From the NCBI GenBank assembly GCA_903861125.1, contig CAIOTF010000038.1, positions 78,060 to 142,059 of the forward strand: a stretch of 64,000 nt of DNA, read 5' to 3'. The notes under the pieces are model-generated. The model was not told where the DNA came from and did not search any database. It worked only from the letters and a program-made list of their open reading frames with translations. The DNA is from an uncultured Ignavibacteriota bacterium (lineage in GTDB: Bacteria; Bacteroidota; Ignavibacteria; UBA10030; UBA8401). Of the stretch, positions 58,354-64,000 are shown one piece after another. Made by a program: the position numbers and the translations under genes. Position 1 is the stretch's first letter; each line of letters begins with the position of its first letter.

Positions 58354-60672
58354 TTATTGTGTTGCAAGGAAAACTGAATAAATTTGTCCCAAAGAAATTC
58401 CGCCGTCATTGGCCGGAACTCGCTGGTGCCAATATGGAGTAAATCCATTCCGCCGGAGTAATGTAATGGTTTGTTCCAATAAAATCATGTTTTGGAAGCA
58501 TCCGCCGGAAAGGACCACTTTCGGTATCTTATATTTCTGTGCCGTTTGAAGAATGAGCAACGCCAACGTATTGTGAAAGATCCTTGCAATTTCGTTTTTC
58601 GATCTGCCTTCTTCCACTTCTTTCAAGATCGTTTCGAACATAGGAAGCCAGTTCCAGGTCAATAAACCCTGATATTCTTCTAACGGTACCGGATAAGCCG
58701 TTTCGATTATACTTTGCGAAGCAAGGTGTTCCAATTCCATTGCCGCCTGGCCTTCAAAAGAATTCTTCATTCTGATGCCGCAGAATGCCGCAACAGCATC
58801 GAAAATTCTTCCCATACTGGTCGTTACGGGAGAATTAATATTTTTGGCGAGCATGTCACACAACACCCTGCGTTCATGATCCGTAAAACCATCGTTGATT
58901 ATTTTCGATTTGTCCAGACAATCATTGCCGTAGATCTCGTGCAAAATACTTGCAGCACATCGCCTCGGTTCGCGAATGGCCGATTCACCACCGGGTAATT
59001 TGAAGGACCGAATCGTTCCAACACGGCGGAAGGCGCCGTTTTCAAACAGAATGCTTTCTCCGCCCCAGATTGTTCCTTCTGTGCCATAGCCCGTTCCGTC
59101 CCACGAAAAGCCGATGACGGTTTCCGTCAATTCATTCTCTGCCATGCAGGAAGCAATATGCGCGGAATGATGCTGCAGAGCCGTCACCGCAGCATCGTGA
59201 AACCGTGCGGAGAGTCCGTTCTTTGCAAATTCCGTTGAAAGATATTCCGGATGCAGATCGTGGACGATGACAGACGGAATGATATCATACAGCGACCGAA
59301 AATCATCGATGGCCTTTTTAAATGATGAAAGGGATTCGGCTGTCTCAAGGTCACCAATATGCTGACTGACAAAGATCGAATCATCCTTTCCGAAGGCGAA
59401 CGTATTTTTCAATTGGCCTCCCACGGCCAGTACCGTCCGTTCCAATTTTTGCGGAAGATGGATCGGTAGCGGAGCATATCCGCGCGCACGTCGCAGCATC
59501 AATTCGCGATCCTGAACCACACGGACAATCGAATCATCGCAATACCGTTCGATTGGTCTGTTATGCACAAGAAAAAGATCGGCAATTCCATGGAGTTTCT
59601 TTACGGCAGTTTCTTCACGGTAACAGATCGGCTCATCACTGATATTTCCGCTAGTGGCAACAACCGGTATGTGCAGTAACGACATCAACAGATGATGCAG
59701 CGGTGTGTACGGCAGCATCACTGCCAGATGCTGATTGTTCGGCGCAACATGCGAAGAAATTCCGGATGAGTGGTACGGAAGAGTTTTCAACAGAACGATG
59801 GGTGCCTGAGGTGAACATACCAATCTCTTCTCCGTCTCCGAAACAGTGCAGACTTTTTCCACATGATCAAACGAGGGAAACATCACTGCAAATGGTTTTT
59901 CTTCGCGGTGCTTCCGGATTCTCAATTTTTTAACTACATCATCGCTGCCGGCATCGCACATCAATAAATATCCGCCGAGCCCTTTTACTGCTATAATGTC
60001 GCCGTTCTGTATCGACTTCGCTGCAGTTTCCACCGCCGAATGATGCATAGCAACGATAGCACCATTCCGGTCCCAGAGTTCTGCATGCGGTCCGCACTGA
60101 GGGCATGCATTCGGCTGAGCGTGAAATCTTCTGTCGTGCGGATCATGATATTCCTTTTCACATTGTTCACACATTGTGAATGACTTCATGGTAGTATTTT
60201 TCCGGTCATACGGCAATGACTGAACAATGGTAAAACGGGGTCCGCAATTGGTACAATTGGTGAATGGATATAAATACCGGCGATCGTTGACATCGAACAC
60301 TTCCCTTAGACAATCAGGACATGTTGCGATATCGGGGATAACCAATGCTGTAGTCGATCCGCCGACGGTGCTTTCCCGTATCTTAAAATCGGTATATCCT
60401 TTTGGATCGAGGAATGATGTTTCGCAGCTGTAAATACTGGAGATGGCAGGTTTTTCGGAATGAATCCTTGCAATAAATGTGCGGAGAAGATTCTGTTCAC
60501 CTTCAACTTCGATCAGCACACCCTGGGGTGTGTTCGATACCCAGCCGCGGAGACGCATCTCGCTGGCAAGACGGTATACAAACGGGCGGAATCCAACCCC
60601 CTGCACAGCACCTTGAATGGCAGCCTTTAGACGGCGCGTTTCTTCGTTTGGCTTCTCAACCACTCGCACCAT
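58354..60672 (-). CDS. hypF: Carbamoyltransferase HypF
   Basis: GAVQGVGFRPF acylphosphatase domain, zinc fingers, HDLHPEY, QHHSAH and PANDGGISLGQ; 5' end overlaps hypB by 46 nt. Confidence 0.97.
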   Translation of the reverse strand: MVRVVEKPNEETRRLKAAIQGAVQGVGFRPFVYRLASEMRLRGWVSNTPQGVLIEVEGEQNLLRTFIARIHSEKPAISSIYSCETSFLDPKGYTDFKIRESTVGGSTTALVIPDIATCPDCLREVFDVNDRRYLYPFTNCTNCGPRFTIVQSLPYDRKNTTMKSFTMCEQCEKEYHDPHDRRFHAQPNACPQCGPHAELWDRNGAIVAMHHSAVETAAKSIQNGDIIAVKGLGGYLLMCDAGSDDVVKKLRIRKHREEKPFAVMFPSFDHVEKVCTVSETEKRLVCSPQAPIVLLKTLPYHSSGISSHVAPNNQHLAVMLPYTPLHHLLMSLLHIPVVATSGNISDEPICYREETAVKKLHGIADLFLVHNRPIERYCDDSIVRVVQDRELMLRRARGYAPLPIHLPQKLERTVLAVGGQLKNTFAFGKDDSIFVSQHIGDLETAESLSSFKKAIDDFRSLYDIIPSVIVHDLHPEYLSTEFAKNGLSARFHDAAVTALQHHSAHIASCMAENELTETVIGFSWDGTGYGTEGTIWGGESILFENGAFRRVGTIRSFKLPGGESAIREPRRCAASILHEIYGNDCLDKSKIINDGFTDHERRVLCDMLAKNINSPVTTSMGRIFDAVAAFCGIRMKNSFEGQAAMELEHLASQSIIETAYPVPLEEYQGLLTWNWLPMFETILKEVEEGRSKNEIARIFHNTLALLILQTAQKYKIPKVVLSGGCFQNMILLEQTITLLRRNGFTPYWHQRVPANDGGISLGQIYSVFLATQ

Positions 60673-61286
60673 TCAGGAATTCCTTTGTTCGTTGTACACG
60701 ATGTCTCGAAAATTTTCAATGCGGGATTTATTTGAAGCGAATTCCTTTTGATCACTTCGGGATCGGAGTTGACATAGGGGACAAGGTCAATCTTGTTCAC
60801 TATCAGCACCGATGAATGGTGAAACATTCCCGGATACTTCAGCGGCTTGTCGTCACCTTCGGTCGTGCTGACAATAACAACTTTCAATGCTTCTCCGAGG
60901 TCGTAATTTGCCGGACAGACAAGATTGCCCACATTCTCGATCACAAGCAGATCGATATTCGACAGGTCAAAATTGGAAAGCGCATCATTCACCAGTTTCG
61001 CTTCAAGATGGCAGCCCCCGTTCGTGACAATCTGCACTACCGGCACATTAAATTTTGCGATGCGCTGTGCATCAAGGTCCGTCTGCACATCTCCTTCGAT
61101 GATCGCAACACGCAATGATGTCCCGAAATATTTCAGGGTCTGTTCAAGCACGCTCGTCTTCCCGGAACCGGGAGAACTGACAACATTGATCACAAAAAGA
61201 GCGTGCTTTGCAAACAGATCGCGGTTGCGCCGCGCGAGATCGTCGTTCTTTTCGAGGACTTTTCGTTCGATGGTCAGTACACTCAT
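60627..61286 (-). CDS. hypB: Hydrogenase nickel-insertion GTPase HypB (no His-rich N-terminus)
   Basis: SSPGSGKT, GCHL, ENVGNLVCP and NKID. Confidence 0.97.
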   Translation of the reverse strand: MSVLTIERKVLEKNDDLARRNRDLFAKHALFVINVVSSPGSGKTSVLEQTLKYFGTSLRVAIIEGDVQTDLDAQRIAKFNVPVVQIVTNGGCHLEAKLVNDALSNFDLSNIDLLVIENVGNLVCPANYDLGEALKVVIVSTTEGDDKPLKYPGMFHHSSVLIVNKIDLVPYVNSDPEVIKRNSLQINPALKIFETSCTTNKGIPEWCEWLRSQTKKRAV

Positions 61287-61645
61287 GTCTGCTCCTGTTG
61301 CATATCTTCCAATTCAATATCTTTCATTTGAAGTTCCCTTCCGGAAATTATTTCAGTATTGGTACTATTGCACAACGCGCATGCCACAACACCATCCTCG
61401 CTCACAGACTCCTGCATGCATTCCCTGCAACGTACCATAAACGGTATCCGTTCCAACGTAAGAAATGAATGTTCCAAATCCGTTCCCGCCGTGATCGCCT
61501 GATAAGAAAATTCCAGCGAGTCGGGAACAATTCCGGAGAACGTACCGACGTTAACGCGAACGGACCGCACGGCGTGCAGTTGTTCTTGTCCAACATACTG
61601 ATGAACAATATCGACTATACTTTCAGCAATGGATAATTCGTGCAT
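61283..61645 (-). CDS. hypA: Hydrogenase nickel metallochaperone HypA
   Basis: MHELS, CREC...CALC and GREL. Confidence 0.96.
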   Translation of the reverse strand: MHELSIAESIVDIVHQYVGQEQLHAVRSVRVNVGTFSGIVPDSLEFSYQAITAGTDLEHSFLTLERIPFMVRCRECMQESVSEDGVVACALCNSTNTEIISGRELQMKDIELEDMQQEQT

Positions 61646-61920
61646 TTGGTTCCATTATACATTCATCCGGAAAGAAACTGCGTAACTAATCTTGTTCAAG
61701 AATAATGAAACATTTGCAGAGTTACAATTATTATCTGATGGTATACAGTGCGACATTATTACATCAAATGGTGCGATCGATCTACGATTGATAGGACGAT
61801 CTTGAAGGGATGCATATGTCTTTTGCGGATTTACTCACCGTAAATAAAATATTACTTTGCAGAACGTGAGTTATTTTTGCAGAGAATGCAAAATTGCAGA
61901 AATATCGTGCCGCCGTTTTT

Positions 61921-62625
61921 TTATAAACCAAAAAAACGGATGGCAATGCCGCACATGAGAATTGCAAAGCCTCCCAGTGCGTGACTGTACTGTTCCATTT
62001 TTTTTATCGATACAAACGACAAGCCGTATAATGCTCCGAAAACGACTGTGAGCATTGTGCCGATCGTTACGATGCTGAACACAACACAGACAAGAACAAC
62101 GTCGGAGATAGTTCCCCGGGCTGCCGGGTACATCAATATAGGGATCAACGGTTCACACGGACCAAAAACAAAGATCGTAAAAAGGAGCCATATGCGCATG
62201 GCAGAACGCTGTTCCTGGTGTTTATGAACTGCTTCATGATCGTGTGCATGCACCTCCATCGTTCCATCTGAATGGATGTGCGAGTGCGAGTGAGGTTTGT
62301 TCAGCATGGCATTCCGAATTCCCCATACCAAATAGAGCAGTCCGAAAATGATCAATAACCACCCGGCAACATCACCGCGGTATGACTCGATCGATTGAAG
62401 ATGGAACACAGTATACCCAAACGCAATTCCGATGAATCCGAGTAGCATGGTACTGCCGACATGTCCTAATCCGCACAGAATGGTCACCCATACCGTCTTC
62501 ACTTTGGACCAGTTCCCCGCTTTGGACATGGCGATAAATGGTATATAATGGTCAGGACCGAGAAGGGTATGCAGAAAACCTACCGATGCGGCGGTGAACA
62601 GTATAACAGAGAGTTCGTTGGACAT
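61921..62625 (-). CDS. Nickel/cobalt permease (UreH/NiCoT/RcnA-like)
   Basis: HTLLGPDH motif in TM1, LGH, His-rich loop PHSHSHIH...HAHDH and PC motif. Confidence 0.82.
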   Translation of the reverse strand: MSNELSVILFTAASVGFLHTLLGPDHYIPFIAMSKAGNWSKVKTVWVTILCGLGHVGSTMLLGFIGIAFGYTVFHLQSIESYRGDVAGWLLIIFGLLYLVWGIRNAMLNKPHSHSHIHSDGTMEVHAHDHEAVHKHQEQRSAMRIWLLFTIFVFGPCEPLIPILMYPAARGTISDVVLVCVVFSIVTIGTMLTVVFGALYGLSFVSIKKMEQYSHALGGFAILMCGIAIRFFGL

Positions 62626-62664
62626 TGGGAACCTTCGGAAAATATTCAGTGCCTGAAATACACC

Positions 62665-63126
62665 TTATTTTTTTTCAACAATCTTTTTCACCATCTGAAC
62701 GATAGCCGGAATTGTCTGCGCAATCTCAGGCGACAAGTCCATAACCATCGAGCGAATCTCACGGATCGAGATTACGATCAGATAGATCTTCGGAAGCGGT
62801 GCCGACAAGATCGCCGTTTCGATCAGATCACGCAGACCGATGTCGTGCGCCGAAAGTGTTCTCGGAAAATCCGATGCAAAACGGGGCTCAATCAATCGAA
62901 CAGTCCCGACCGGCTCTTCATCCATGGTTGCATCGATGAGGATCAACGGATCGTAATCATGGAAAAATGACAGGAGATGAAATCCGCCGGTGCCGCCGTC
63001 AATAAGATGAACGTTCTCCGGAAAATTTTCCTTCAACAGCACTTCGATCGCATGAACGCCGACACCTTCGTCACCCATCAGGTAATTGCCGATACCAAGA
63101 ACCAGTGTCTCTTTTTTTTCACTCAT
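62665..63126 (-). CDS. Hydrogenase maturation endopeptidase (HyaD/HybD family)
   Basis: LGIGNYLMGDEGVG, DGGTGG, IDA and SAHD; ATG 63126 overlaps the upstream stop (TGATG). Confidence 0.93.
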   Translation of the reverse strand: MSEKKETLVLGIGNYLMGDEGVGVHAIEVLLKENFPENVHLIDGGTGGFHLLSFFHDYDPLILIDATMDEEPVGTVRLIEPRFASDFPRTLSAHDIGLRDLIETAILSAPLPKIYLIVISIREIRSMVMDLSPEIAQTIPAIVQMVKKIVEKK

Positions 63127-63935
63127 CAATTATGTTTTTTCTCCGGCTTTGGCCGGGATTTATTTTCGACATCAATATTCAGCCGAAATTTCTTTTCAAT
63201 GGGTAGATAGTTTTGAAGCTGCCGGGCAACAATCAGTCCCCCTTCATGCTCGGGAATAACGACCTGATCCACTCCGGCATTCTTCATTGCTTCGGCATAC
63301 CGGACCTGACCGGCACGGCAGATCACCTTCACATCCGGATTCAATGCCTTGGCTGTAATACTGATGTACAAATTATCGGCATCATTATCAATCAGTACAC
63401 ACAAGGAACTTGCTTTATCGATCCGTGCGCTCATCAAAACATCGCGGCGCTTTGCACTTCCATTCAGCACCAGTATCCCTTCTTTTGCCAATTCGGAACA
63501 AAGACCTTCATTGGTCTCTATCAGCACAAACGGATTTTTTGCCTTAATAAGCTGGTCGATCACCGTTCTGCCGACTTGTCCGTAACCGCAGATGACTGAA
63601 TGGTTCTTTAATCGGGATATTTTTAGGTCATTCACGCGTGCACTCCATATTTTTGTTGCTTCCTTGTTAAAAATACTCATCAGCAGCCGTTCCACAATCC
63701 AAATCTGGAAGAACAGCACACCAACAAAGACCACAACAGCAAAGAGTTTCGTGCTGTCGCGGCATGTTTCCGGGATCGCGTGGGGATGCGTTATCCAATA
63801 AAAACCTTCCACCCACGACACGCCTTCGGCGTTAACATAGTACGCTGTTACGCCTGCAACAAATACTCCCATCGACAACAGTGGTGTAAAAAAAGATCGA
63901 ATAATTGTCCAGACAAGAACACCGGATGATTTCAT
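63126..63935 (-). CDS. 2-TM K+-channel-like protein with RCK_N (TrkA-N) domain and non-canonical pore
   Basis: TM1, EGVSWVEGFYW pore-helix start, TM2, then HSVICGYGQVG...DADNL...AGVDQVVIP RCK_N; no GYG in the pore loop. Confidence 0.82.
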   Translation of the reverse strand: MKSSGVLVWTIIRSFFTPLLSMGVFVAGVTAYYVNAEGVSWVEGFYWITHPHAIPETCRDSTKLFAVVVFVGVLFFQIWIVERLLMSIFNKEATKIWSARVNDLKISRLKNHSVICGYGQVGRTVIDQLIKAKNPFVLIETNEGLCSELAKEGILVLNGSAKRRDVLMSARIDKASSLCVLIDNDADNLYISITAKALNPDVKVICRAGQVRYAEAMKNAGVDQVVIPEHEGGLIVARQLQNYLPIEKKFRLNIDVENKSRPKPEKKHN

Positions 63936-64000
63936 ACTGTTGCGATAAAATTCAAATAGAATATATACTGTTCCCGACCGTTAAGATTAACCGCACAACG

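Noticed and set aside
60627..60672. 46-nt hypB/hypF overlap as an anomaly
   Set aside because: Both proteins are complete and short overlaps are ordinary in hyp operons.
61895..61912. CGGCAC-GATAT-TTCT as a sigma-54 promoter for hypA
   Set aside because: No GC at the -12 position with the required spacing.
63936..63972. TACTGTT direct repeat upstream of the channel gene
   Set aside because: Only 7 bp, at the window edge, and one copy abuts the start codon; too little context to call.
1..64000. tRNA, rRNA, CRISPR, IS or prophage elements
   Set aside because: Intergenic gaps are short and showed no cloverleaf or repeat-spacer pattern by eye, and no transposase, integrase or phage ORF is present. 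A covariance-model scan was not run.

Overview
A dense, mostly minus-strand chromosomal window with no mobile elements, CRISPR arrays, rRNA or tRNA visible. Gene content plus canonical TTGnnn-N17-TAnnnT promoters and Shine-Dalgarno motifs suggest an Ignavibacteria-like member of the Bacteroidota/Chlorobiota group (inference). From left to right: a partial GT2 gene; clpB; a secreted trypsin-fold protein lacking its catalytic His and Ser; serA; dnaK with a perfect sigma-54 promoter; birA-coaX; an 11-subunit complex I operon (nuoABCDHIJKLMN, no nuoEFG); TPR, USP, cNMP-binding and ilvE genes; a likely sphingolipid cluster (Spt, bCerS-like GNAT, CerR-like reductase); a TMTC-like GT-C; CNNM/CorC-WcaJ; a giant-TPR/OM-barrel/SPOR/ExbB/ExbD/TonB operon; a nonsense-interrupted NMP-kinase-like gene; a PafA-like phosphatase; tkt; a secreted four-repeat protein; the moxR-DUF58-bat operon; and a [NiFe]-hydrogenase maturation cluster (hypABFCDE, Ni permease, endopeptidase). 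The most striking candidate for something undescribed heads that last cluster: an RCK-gated K+-channel homologue whose TVGYG filter is replaced by a shortened His-Pro-His loop. All product calls come from motif recognition, not database searches.
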